From: Anaerolineales bacterium
GTDB taxonomy: Bacteria > Chloroflexota > Anaerolineae > Anaerolineales > UBA11579
NCBI GenBank assembly: GCA_035291465.1
Contig: DATDRZ010000129.1
Span: 34,656 to 98,655 of the forward strand
Direction of reading: 5' to 3'
Length of the DNA: 64,000 nt
The translations under genes and the position numbers were made by a program. Below are positions 19,076-27,015 of the stretch, piece after piece; within the stretch, counting starts at the first letter, position 1, and each line of letters begins with the position of its first letter. Below the pieces are notes generated by a model that saw only the letters and a program-made list of their open reading frames with translations, had not been told where the DNA came from and searched no databases.

Positions 19076-21769
19076 ATGGATAGCTTGAGTAGGGAATTGC
19101 TCCATCAGCCGGAACGCGACCTGGGCGAGGAAAATCGTGTCCCCTCGCAACTTCGGAAAGCAGAATTTTCCCTGTCCGCCAATTTATTGAGACTGGCGAC
19201 TTTATTCCTGGGGGCGTACGCGTTGGCGCTCACCATCTCGCCTGCGGTCCGTGATGGATCCTTTGATGGCTTTGGCGAACTGCGTTGGGCGCACTGGCTT
19301 GGCGTTATTGTTTGGGCTGCAGCCTTCTTTTTTCTTGATTACCAGGCCCGTCGTAGACTGCCCGGCCGCGATCCCTATCTGGTCCCGTTGGCCGGCTTGC
19401 TTTCAGGTTGGGGGCTGCTCACCATTTGGCGGCTCACTACCTGGTTTGGGTTCCGCCAAACGCTCTGGTTAGCGCTGTGTGTGGCACTATTTGCACTGGT
19501 ATTGCGCTGGAAAGATCAGATCCTCCCCGTCTTGCGCGGTTACAAATATTTGTGGCTGTTTGCAGGTTTTCTGATCACTGCACTCACTTTTCTCTTCGGC
19601 ACGAATCCCTCGGGTATCGGGCCGCGGTTGTGGCTTGGTGGCAATGGAATCTACTTCCAACCGTCGGAGATACTTAAACTTCTGCTCATCGCGTATCTGG
19701 CAGCATACCTTTCCGAACGCCAACCGCTGATGCCGGGTCTGCTGCCATTAATGGCTCCCACCGCATTGATGACGGGATTGGCTTTGCTGTTGCTGTTGAT
19801 TCAGCGTGATCTGGGCACGGCCTGGGTGTTCATCTTCATCTATACCATTGTCATTTACGCGGCTGCAGGCAAGCGGCGAGTGTTACTGGCTGCGTTGATT
19901 ATCTTAATCCTCGCCCTGGTCTCAGGCTATGAACTGGTCGGCCTGGTGCATCAACGCGTGGAGGCCTGGCTCAACCCCTGGGCAGACCCTACGGGTAGTG
20001 CCTATCAGATCATCCAGGGTTTGCTGGCCGTTGCATCTGGAGGTGTCTTTGGCCGCGGACCCGGCATGGGGCTGCCAGAAGTGGTGCCGGTCAATCATAG
20101 CGATTTCATCTTTACATCCATCGTTGAGGAGACTGGATTGCTCGGCGCCATAGGCTTGATAGTCCTGATCACGTTCCTATGTTTGCGCGCCCTGCGCATT
20201 TCTTTGCAAGCTCGCGATGCCTACCAGCGCTACCTGGCCATCGGCCTCAGCGCATACCTTGCCAGCCAGAGCCTACTGATCATAGGCGGCAATATCCGAA
20301 TGCTGCCGCTCACCGGGGTTACCTTGCCATTCGTATCCTACGGCGGCTCTTCGATGCTGGCATCCTTCGTTGCAGTACTTCTGCTTAGCCTAGTTAGCAA
20401 TGAAAGCATTAAGCGCTCGGCGCCCGTGGTGAATTGGCGCCCAACCATGGTGGTGGCCAGCATCCTGATCGTCGCTTTTGGTCTTGCAGCGGTCATCACC
20501 GGATGGTGGAGCGTTGTGCGAGGCCCGGACCTGCTTACCCGAGCCGACAACGTCCGTCGTGCCCAATCGGACAGCTTCGTCCCGCGCGGCGCGTTGATGG
20601 ATCGAGAAGGTCGCAGTATCAACGAAACAGGTGGAGGGCCTGGGGACTATTCCAGGGAATATCTGTATCCACAACTCACCAACGTGATCGGTTATTCCCA
20701 CCCAAATCTCGGCCAGTCAGGGTTGGAAGACGGCCTGGACCCAATCCTGCGCGGCGAAGAGTTTCAGCCTGCTTTCACCCTTTGGCTGAATCATCTGCTA
20801 TATGGGCAGCCGGCACCGGGCTTAAGCGTGCGACTCACACTTGATCTTGCCCTTGAACTTCGAGCTGCTGAATTGCTCAACGGCGAGCGGGGCGCGGCCG
20901 TGGTGATGGATGCGGAAACCGGCGAATTGTTGGCGATGGCCTCTGGACCGTCATTCGATCCGGCAACTCTCGACGAAAACTGGGGAGAACTCTCGTCCGC
21001 TCCGGATTCCCCGCTGCTCAATCGCGCTGCACAAGGTTCCTACACGCCGGGCTCGGCATTGGGTCCTTTTCTGCTTGCGGCGGCCAGGATGTATCGTGTC
21101 GAGCCAGCCGTGCCAACCGACCTCGGCTTTGCGGTTGATGGCCGGCGCTACGAATGCTCGCTCGAATCAGTAGATGTGGAAAGTTGGGCTCAACTTATCA
21201 AGTTCGGTTGCCCGGGGGCCTTAGCGCAATTGGGTATCGGTTTAGGCGGGGAGCGCCTGCTTGGCCTGTTCACGGATCTTGGCTTCTACTCCACCTCTCT
21301 ATTGCCGCTGGATCTCCACGCGGAACCTGCCCCAACCAGTCTGGACCGCCCCGAGGCTGCTGCGATTGGGCAGGATGAATTAAGCGTAAGCCCGTTGCAG
21401 ATTGCGCGAGCTGCATGCTCGCTCAGTAACTATGGCCACGTAGTTGCGCCTCAGATCACGCTGGCAATGCAGCAATCCAGCGGCCAGTTAGAGAACCTGC
21501 TGCCAGAGCCATCGCGAATAGAAACTTTCAGCCAAGGCGCGGCGGCCTCGGTGGCACAGAGTCTGGCTGTTAGGAACCTGCCGATCTGGGAGCTGACCGG
21601 CCAGGCCAATGGCGAAGACGGGCAAACCGTTACCTGGTACTTGGCTGGAACACTTTCTGGATTGACCCAGGATGAAAACGCGAGGTGCACTGTGATTCTG
21701 CTGGAAAGTGACCAACCTGCGCTGGCGCGTTCGATTGGCAGGGAGCTGTTGTTAGCCGCTATTGAATGA
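19076..21769 (+). CDS. Fused SEDS glycosyltransferase (RodA/FtsW family) and class B PBP (PbpA-like) with degenerate transpeptidase motifs
   Basis: SEDS blocks FQPSE, IQRDLGT, NHSDFIF and LPLTGVTLPFVSYGGSS. These are followed by an extra TM helix and PbpA-like blocks RGALMDREGRSI, VVMDAETGELLAMASGPSFDP, LLNRAAQGSYTPGSALG and AIGQDELSVSPLQ. Confidence 0.85.
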   Translation: MDSLSRELLHQPERDLGEENRVPSQLRKAEFSLSANLLRLATLFLGAYALALTISPAVRDGSFDGFGELRWAHWLGVIVWAAAFFFLDYQARRRLPGRDPYLVPLAGLLSGWGLLTIWRLTTWFGFRQTLWLALCVALFALVLRWKDQILPVLRGYKYLWLFAGFLITALTFLFGTNPSGIGPRLWLGGNGIYFQPSEILKLLLIAYLAAYLSERQPLMPGLLPLMAPTALMTGLALLLLLIQRDLGTAWVFIFIYTIVIYAAAGKRRVLLAALIILILALVSGYELVGLVHQRVEAWLNPWADPTGSAYQIIQGLLAVASGGVFGRGPGMGLPEVVPVNHSDFIFTSIVEETGLLGAIGLIVLITFLCLRALRISLQARDAYQRYLAIGLSAYLASQSLLIIGGNIRMLPLTGVTLPFVSYGGSSMLASFVAVLLLSLVSNESIKRSAPVVNWRPTMVVASILIVAFGLAAVITGWWSVVRGPDLLTRADNVRRAQSDSFVPRGALMDREGRSINETGGGPGDYSREYLYPQLTNVIGYSHPNLGQSGLEDGLDPILRGEEFQPAFTLWLNHLLYGQPAPGLSVRLTLDLALELRAAELLNGERGAAVVMDAETGELLAMASGPSFDPATLDENWGELSSAPDSPLLNRAAQGSYTPGSALGPFLLAAARMYRVEPAVPTDLGFAVDGRRYECSLESVDVESWAQLIKFGCPGALAQLGIGLGGERLLGLFTDLGFYSTSLLPLDLHAEPAPTSLDRPEAAAIGQDELSVSPLQIARAACSLSNYGHVVAPQITLAMQQSSGQLENLLPEPSRIETFSQGAAASVAQSLAVRNLPIWELTGQANGEDGQTVTWYLAGTLSGLTQDENARCTVILLESDQPALARSIGRELLLAAIE

Positions 21770-21794
21770 AAAAGAACGAGTAAGTCGCTCTATT

Positions 21795-23009
21795 TCACAT
21801 CTCCACTCTTACGAATCTTCGCTTGCCCACTTGAAGGACCCCGGGGCCGGGGAAGGTCGCCACAGGATCTTCCAGGGTCTTGCCGTCCAGGCGCACCCCG
21901 CCTTGCTCGATCAGGCGGCGCGCTTCGCTTTTGCTCTTTACAAGTTTCGCCCCCATCAGTACATCCAAAACCGTGTGCTTTGCGCTCGCCTTGAACTCCG
22001 GCATCTCTTCTGGGACGTCGCCTTCCTGAAAGACACGGGCGAAGGTCTCCCGCGCTTCCTTTGCCGATTGATCTCCATAAAAGATCTCGGTGATCTCAGT
22101 GGCTAGCTCCACTTTCGCGTCACGGGGATGCAGGCTGTTATCAGCCAGCGCCTTTTCCTTGGCGGCGATCTGGCCGGCGGTCCAGCGCGTTGTAAGGCGC
22201 ATGTACGCGCCCATGGCGATGTCAGGCACGCTCATCACTTTGCCGAACATGTCGTTGGCATCGGTGTTAAGCGGAATGTGATTGCCCAGCGATTTGCTCA
22301 TGCGGATCACTCCATCAGTGCCGGGCAGGATGCCCATGATGATGCCGATGTTGGGTTTGGCGCCCAAAGCAGTCATCAGCTTGCGCCCGGCGGTAATGAT
22401 GTTGAAGAGTTGGTCGGTGCCACCCACCTGCACATCCGCCTTCAAAACGTAGGCATCGTAAGCTTGCATGATGGAGTAAAAAGTCTCGTGCAGGTAGATC
22501 GGATCACCTTTTTCCCAGCGCAGGTGGAAATTCTCGCGGGTGAGGAATTGCTGGATGGTGAAATTCGATGCGAATCTGATCAAGTCGGCAAACGTCACTT
22601 TGGAAAGCCATTCGCCGTTATAACGCACATCGGTCTTGTCACGTTCCAGCACGCGGAAAGCCTGCTCCGCATACGTTCGCGCGTTTTCCTCAACTTGTTC
22701 CTGGGAAAGCAGCGGGCGCAGCCTGTCTTGATCGGACGGATCTCCAATAAGAGATGTGTACGTTCCCACGACGAAAATAACGTGATGTCCGAGATCCTGG
22801 AACTGACGCAGCTTGCGCAATGGAATGGTGTGGCCCAGGTGCAAGTCTGTTGTGCGCGGGTCGATGCCCAGGTACACGCGCAGGTTGTTTCCGGTCTTCT
22901 CGGCTTCAAGCAACCGTGTACGCAGCTCCGCTTCCATGGCGCTGCGGAGTTGTTCGTCGCCGTATTCAGTGCCCTGCATCAACGTGGCTACTTGTGCATC
23001 GATATTCAT
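21795..23009 (-). CDS. tyrS: Tyrosine--tRNA ligase
   Basis: HLGH (HIGH) and RMSKS (KMSKS) motifs with a C-terminal S4 domain. ATG 23009 is preceded by GAGGAG. The TTG at 23021 lies inside the SD. Confidence 0.95.
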   Translation of the reverse strand: MNIDAQVATLMQGTEYGDEQLRSAMEAELRTRLLEAEKTGNNLRVYLGIDPRTTDLHLGHTIPLRKLRQFQDLGHHVIFVVGTYTSLIGDPSDQDRLRPLLSQEQVEENARTYAEQAFRVLERDKTDVRYNGEWLSKVTFADLIRFASNFTIQQFLTRENFHLRWEKGDPIYLHETFYSIMQAYDAYVLKADVQVGGTDQLFNIITAGRKLMTALGAKPNIGIIMGILPGTDGVIRMSKSLGNHIPLNTDANDMFGKVMSVPDIAMGAYMRLTTRWTAGQIAAKEKALADNSLHPRDAKVELATEITEIFYGDQSAKEARETFARVFQEGDVPEEMPEFKASAKHTVLDVLMGAKLVKSKSEARRLIEQGGVRLDGKTLEDPVATFPGPGVLQVGKRRFVRVEM

Positions 23010-23026
23010 ACGTCTCCTCAATCAGC

Positions 23027-23119
23027 AACCTTGCGAAGGGTTAATACAAAAGACTGATTGCAAGTCCGGCCCATCCCCCTTCGCGCGGCTTAAGGTCAGG
23101 GCAGGCTCATCGCAAGGTT
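23027..23119. repeat. Palindrome-flanked dispersed repeat, copy A (AACCTTGCGAAGG...TCGCAAGGTT) in the tyrS 5' leader
   Basis: Termini are reverse complements. The internal ...TCAGGGCAGGCTCaTCGCAAGGTT is shared with copy B at 58383..58467. Confidence 0.7.
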
Positions 23120-23124
23120 ATGTT

Positions 23125-23154
23125 AAACAACAGCGCCCTCGTGGGCGAGGGCGC
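23125..23154 (-). terminator. Intrinsic terminator-like hairpin inside the tyrS leader (attenuator candidate)
   Basis: Minus strand reads GCGCCCTCG-CCCA-CGAGGGCGC followed by TGTTGTTT. An upstream GCGAGGG (23211..23217) can pair alternatively with CCCTCGC of the 5' arm. Confidence 0.55.
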
Positions 23155-23182
23155 GCAACCAGACCGTCGCCAGAGGTTCGGT

Positions 23183-23224
23183 TCAGGTCTGATAATAAGA
23201 GGAAAGAAAACCCTCGCGCAACAT
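23183..23224 (-). CDS. Candidate leaderless leader peptide MLREGFLSSYYQT (tandem Tyr codons) upstream of tyrS
   Basis: ATG lies 8 nt downstream of a TGCTATAAT extended -10. Codons 10-11 are TAT TAT, stop is TGA, and the terminator hairpin starts about 30 nt downstream. Confidence 0.35.
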   Translation of the reverse strand: MLREGFLSSYYQT

Positions 23225-23232
23225 TAAACGGC

Positions 23233-23256
23233 ATTATAGCATGCGTATGCTATAAT
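23233..23256. promoter_or_regulatory. Palindromic divergent promoter core: two back-to-back extended -10 boxes (TGCTATAAT) for tyrS (minus) and HNH (plus)
   Basis: ATTATAGCAT-GCGT-ATGCTATAAT is a perfect 10-bp inverted repeat. Confidence 0.55.
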
Positions 23257-23292
23257 CTCGCCTGTTAATCAGGCGCCCGACGCGCCGACCTT

Positions 23293-23808
23293 ATGGAGAG
23301 CCATCTTAAGGAACCTGTCCTTGTCCTCAACGCGAATTACGAACCGCTGAACGTCTGCACCATCCGGCGAGCCGTGGGTTTGATCTTCGCCGATAAGGCC
23401 TCCATGCTAGTCAACGGCCGCGGGGAGATTCACACCGCCCACGCTATGTTCCCCGCCCCATCTGTCATCCGCCTGGAGCGCATGATCAAGCGCCCCCGCC
23501 CCAGTGTAAAGCTGAACAAGCAGGAAGTGTTCCGACGGGATAATTACACCTGCCAGTACTGCGGCCGCAGCGATCTAGACTTGACATTGGATCACCTAAT
23601 CCCCCGTCGCCTAGGCGGCAGGCATAGTTGGGACAATTTGGTGACCGCCTGCAGGGTCTGCAACCACCGTAAAGGGGGTCGCATGGCCGACAGCGCCGGA
23701 ATGAGGCTAATGAACTATCCTATGGCGCCAACCGCATCGGCACAGTATATATTCGGACGCTATCTAAATCAGAACCAAGACTGGGGAAACTACATCCAAG
23801 GTTGGTAA
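23293..23808 (+). CDS. HNH endonuclease
   Basis: CQYCGR...LTLDHLIPRRLGG...WDNLVTACRVCNHRKG HNH/zinc motif. Confidence 0.85.
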   Translation: MESHLKEPVLVLNANYEPLNVCTIRRAVGLIFADKASMLVNGRGEIHTAHAMFPAPSVIRLERMIKRPRPSVKLNKQEVFRRDNYTCQYCGRSDLDLTLDHLIPRRLGGRHSWDNLVTACRVCNHRKGGRMADSAGMRLMNYPMAPTASAQYIFGRYLNQNQDWGNYIQGW

Positions 23809-23832
23809 ATGCGCAAAGGGAAGCGCATTTTT
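23807..23832 (+). terminator. Rho-independent terminator after the HNH gene
   Basis: aaatgcgc-aaagggaa-gcgcattt followed by a T-run. Overlaps the stop codon. Confidence 0.7.
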
Positions 23833-23971
23833 AGGAGTTTCTAGAAGGTCAATCCGCTTGGGCAACTCCAGGGGGGAGCCTCTTTTGTCAGGGACGGGAA
23901 GATGGTTTGGTACAATCCTTTATCTAATTACCAACATCAGGGTTGCGGTCGATCCGAACCCGGAGGTGAGT

Positions 23972-24148
23972 ATGCCGCGTGGCGCCGAATGGATTGTTAT
24001 CTTGTTGATCGTGATCCTTATTTTTGGTGTGGGGCGTGTGAGCAAGATCGGCGAAGATCTGGGGAGGGGTATCCGGTCTTTCCGCCAGGGCCTGGCGGGG
24101 GAAGAAGAAAATAAGGATAAATCGGAAGAAACCGAAGACAAATCCTAG
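23972..24148 (+). CDS. tatA: Twin-arginine translocase subunit TatA/E
   Basis: 58 aa. SD GGAGGTGAG. IVILLIVILIFGVGRVSKIGEDLGRGIRSFRQG is a typical TatA TM helix plus amphipathic helix. Confidence 0.85.
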   Translation: MPRGAEWIVILLIVILIFGVGRVSKIGEDLGRGIRSFRQGLAGEEENKDKSEETEDKS

Positions 24149-24239
24149 CCATTTGATTTCCCATATTGATTTACTGCCAATTTTCGAGTAAATTATCACA
24201 AACCCATATCCTTTATTTCGCTTCCCTAAGGAGGAAGGA

Positions 24240-25085
24240 ATGAAGAAATCCAAACTGGTTTTGTTTGCCTTGGTTGCAAGCAGCTTGCTGCTGGCCGCGT
24301 GCGGTCCTACCGCAACGGCGGGCACCTGCCAGGAGGTTTCCGGCGGCGGTTACGACTGTGGCGGCGCCGAAATCACCGTGGCGGTCGAAAACGCCTATTT
24401 GCCCTTCAACTACATCGATGAGAATACCGGCGAAGCCGGCGGTTGGGACTATGACGCTTGGAATGAGATCTGCGACCGCATCAATTGCACCCCGGTTTTC
24501 ACCGAAGCTGCCTGGGAAGGCATGATCCAGGCTGTCGCCGATGGGCAGTATGACGCAGCCGCAGATGGCATCACCATCACAGCGGAACGCGATGAGCTCG
24601 TGGATTTCTCGATTGGCTATGTAGCCATCGAGCAGCGCCTGCTGGTTCGCATTGATGAGACACGGATCGAGAGCATCGAAGATATCGTAGCGGATGAAAG
24701 CCTGAAGCTGGGGACTCAGACGGGCACGACCAACTATGAAACCGCTCTGCAGTATCTGCCTGCCGAACGCATCGAGGCTTTTGAGCAGTTCCCGTTTGCC
24801 GTTCAGGCTCTGGTTGCCGGTGATATCGATGCAGTCATCATCGATGAGACCGCCGGCCAGGGTTACCTGGGCGCTAATGCAGAAGACTTGAAGTTAGTAG
24901 GACCCTCAATGTCCAGCGACCAATTGGGCTTTATCTTCCCGCCAGGTTCCGATTTGGTTGCACCCGTAAACTGGGCGCTGGAGCAAATGATGGCCGATGG
25001 CGCGCTCAATGCGCTGAATGCAATCTACTTCGGGGCCGACTTCAACTGCGATTACACTGACACCGGCATTACCTGCGGTGGGTAA
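24240..25085 (+). CDS. Polar amino-acid ABC transporter substrate-binding lipoprotein
   Basis: Lipobox LLAACG, family-3 SBP blocks (DAAADGITIT.ER...DFS), and a Cys-rich N- and C-terminus. Confidence 0.85.
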   Translation: MKKSKLVLFALVASSLLLAACGPTATAGTCQEVSGGGYDCGGAEITVAVENAYLPFNYIDENTGEAGGWDYDAWNEICDRINCTPVFTEAAWEGMIQAVADGQYDAAADGITITAERDELVDFSIGYVAIEQRLLVRIDETRIESIEDIVADESLKLGTQTGTTNYETALQYLPAERIEAFEQFPFAVQALVAGDIDAVIIDETAGQGYLGANAEDLKLVGPSMSSDQLGFIFPPGSDLVAPVNWALEQMMADGALNALNAIYFGADFNCDYTDTGITCGG

Positions 25086-25116
25086 AAACAGGTTCGCAAC
25101 CTAGAGTTCGAATCCG

Positions 25117-25155
25117 AGCGCAGTGCAGGTTCCTATCTGCACTGCGCTTCTATTC
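25117..25155 (+). terminator. Strong intra-operon hairpin after the SBP gene (partial terminator or mRNA stabilizer)
   Basis: agcgcagtgcag-gttcctat-ctgcactgcgct, a 12-bp perfect stem, followed by TCTATTC. Confidence 0.55.
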
Positions 25156-25172
25156 AAGTTAAGTGAGAGGAT

Positions 25173-25997
25173 ATGGCAGAACAAGAGTTGCTCGACAGCG
25201 CTCAACGTGACGCGATTTCTTTGGCGCGCCGTACGGATCCACTGACAGGGCGGTTGTCAGGATTTCCCTGGTGGCTGGTAACCATTATTTTTGTTTTGGT
25301 GGCAACCGTGTACTTTGTTTCCACAAATGAAACCTATCGCGAGGCTTATGAATTCATTATCCGGGGGATTTCCATCACGATACAAACCACTTTGTACGCG
25401 TATGCCATTGCCATCGTGATTGGTTTGATTATGGGGTTGGGCCGTGTTTCAAATAACGTCATCTTTCGCAATTTTGCCCGCTTTTACGTGGAAGTCGTGC
25501 GCGGCATCCCTATGTTGGTCTTGATTTTTTACATTGCCTTCGTCGCGGTGGTTGATCTGGCGGAAATGGTTGGCATACCGGGTCGCAATGTTCCTATGAA
25601 TTCCCGAGCAGTGATCGCCCTGGCGATCACCTACGGGGCTTTCTCGGCAGAGATCTTCCGCGCCGGTATCCAGTCGATTGGCCGCGGCCAAATGGAAGCA
25701 GCCCGATCACTGGGCATGAGCTATGCCCAGGCCATGCGCTACATCATTCTGCCTCAAGGGATCCGCAACGTATTACCCGCCTTGGGAAATGATTTCATTG
25801 CCATGCTGAAGGATTCTTCATTAGTATCCGTGCTTGCAGTTCGGGATATTACGCAGGTCGCCCGTCTTCATGCCGGGTCTACATTCCGCTTCCGCGAAGC
25901 CTACACGATCCTGGCCGTCTTATATCTCAGTATGACTCTGGTGCTTTCTGCGATTGTCCAATGGATGGAAAGGCGGTTGCATGTCAGTCACAAATAG
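25173..25997 (+). CDS. Amino-acid ABC transporter permease (His/Glu/Gln/Arg/opine family)
   Basis: [24 protein letters not shown] loop. Confidence 0.9.
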   Translation: MAEQELLDSAQRDAISLARRTDPLTGRLSGFPWWLVTIIFVLVATVYFVSTNETYREAYEFIIRGISITIQTTLYAYAIAIVIGLIMGLGRVSNNVIFRNFARFYVEVVRGIPMLVLIFYIAFVAVVDLAEMVGIPGRNVPMNSRAVIALAITYGAFSAEIFRAGIQSIGRGQMEAARSLGMSYAQAMRYIILPQGIRNVLPALGNDFIAMLKDSSLVSVLAVRDITQVARLHAGSTFRFREAYTILAVLYLSMTLVLSAIVQWMERRLHVSHK

Positions 25998-26727
25998 CGC
26001 CATCGTCGTTAAAAACCTATACAAGTATTTCGGTGATGTGGAGGCAGTGCGTGGGGTTGATCTCACCGTGGAACGTGGCAAGGTGGTGGTCATCTTCGGA
26101 CCCAGCGGGTCCGGGAAATCCACGCTGTTGCGTTGCATGAATCACCTGGAGGTGGAAACCGAGGGGGAGGTGTGGGTGAACGGAAAACGATTGGAAGAGC
26201 GGGCCGGCAACATTAACGAAATCCGCACCGAAATTGGAATGGTGTTCCAATTATTCAACCTGTTCCCGCATCTTTCGGCCGTAGAGAACATCGCCCTGGC
26301 GCAACGCGTGGTTCGTGGCCGCAGCAAACAGGAAGCGTTCGACGTGGCCATGCGCCAGTTGGTGCGCGTGGGCATCGGTGATAAGGCCCAAGTGCTCCCC
26401 GGGCAACTTTCCGGCGGCCAGCAGCAGCGCGTGGCCATTGCCCGCGCGCTGGCCATGGACCCCAAGATCATGCTTTTCGACGAGCCGACCAGCGCACTGG
26501 ACCCCGAAATGATCAAAGAGGTTCTCGACGTCATGCTCGATTTGGTCAAAGAAGGGATGACGATGGTCGTGGTGACCCACGAAATGGGTTTTGCCCGTGC
26601 GGCCGCTGATCTGGGTGTCTTTATGGATCAAGGCGTGATTGTGGAACAGGGAAGCTGGGAACAGTTGTTCAACAATCCAAAGGAACTGCGCACCAAGCAA
26701 TTTCTCTCGCAGATATTGAAGCATTAG
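25981..26727 (+). CDS. Amino-acid ABC transporter ATP-binding protein
   Basis: GPSGSGKST Walker [16 protein letters not shown] signature and [10 protein letters not shown] Walker B. ATG 25981 overlaps the permease end. Confidence 0.9.
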   Translation: MSVTNSAIVVKNLYKYFGDVEAVRGVDLTVERGKVVVIFGPSGSGKSTLLRCMNHLEVETEGEVWVNGKRLEERAGNINEIRTEIGMVFQLFNLFPHLSAVENIALAQRVVRGRSKQEAFDVAMRQLVRVGIGDKAQVLPGQLSGGQQQRVAIARALAMDPKIMLFDEPTSALDPEMIKEVLDVMLDLVKEGMTMVVVTHEMGFARAAADLGVFMDQGVIVEQGSWEQLFNNPKELRTKQFLSQILKH

Positions 26728-26877
26728 GCAAGTAAATAGGTAAACAAGGTCATTCCATAGGAGTCAATCGGAGGATGACTTTGTGAACAAGAAGCCTGGG
26801 TAAATAGTAAGTACTAAAGTTTATGTGTCGTTTTGCCTTGTCTGCTTGTTTACCGGACACCTGTGTACTATCACTGT

Positions 26878-26906
26878 TTGACCGGTTGAGTATCCCGTCT
26901 TATAAT
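26878..26906 (+). promoter_or_regulatory. Sigma-70-type promoter of the peptide ABC operon (TTGACC-17-TATAAT)
   Basis: Near-consensus hexamers with a 17-nt spacer, about 110 nt upstream of ATG 27016. Confidence 0.6.
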
Positions 26907-27015
26907 GAAATTTCCATTATTTCTATCATTTGAGCAAAGGAGGTGAAGCTCCCACAAAAGAGCATCTCGCGCCTAACAAACTTTTCGGACGGAGAAGTAA
27001 TAGGAGAATCTCACA

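Noticed and set aside
22128-23057. 309-aa ORF antisense to tyrS. Similar long antisense ORFs occur at 46700..47416 and 45875..46585 (uvrB), 10913..11410 and 11510..12124 (etfBA), 33743..34339 (giant gene), 39145..39909, 55259..55675 and 40632..41195.
   Set aside because: These are shadow ORFs typical of GC-rich coding DNA. The opposite strand encodes proteins with unmistakable family motifs. The shadow translations are Arg/Ala/Gly-rich and have no motifs.
23125-23232. T-box riboswitch in the tyrS leader. GGUCUGGUUGCGCG resembles the T-box core GGGUGGUACCGCG, and UGGU would match an A73 discriminator.
   Set aside because: Only about 70 nt lie between the predicted TSS and the terminator. There is no Stem I, no K-turn/GA motif, no AG bulge or distal loop, and the local antiterminator helix A1 cannot be drawn (2 bp only). 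The uORF-based attenuator explains the same elements better.
25091-25120. tRNA-like T-loop sequence GGTTCG...GTTCGAATCC.
   Set aside because: The flanks do not form a T-stem (tagag versus ccgag), and no acceptor, D or anticodon arms can be drawn. There is no tRNA gene here or anywhere else in the window.
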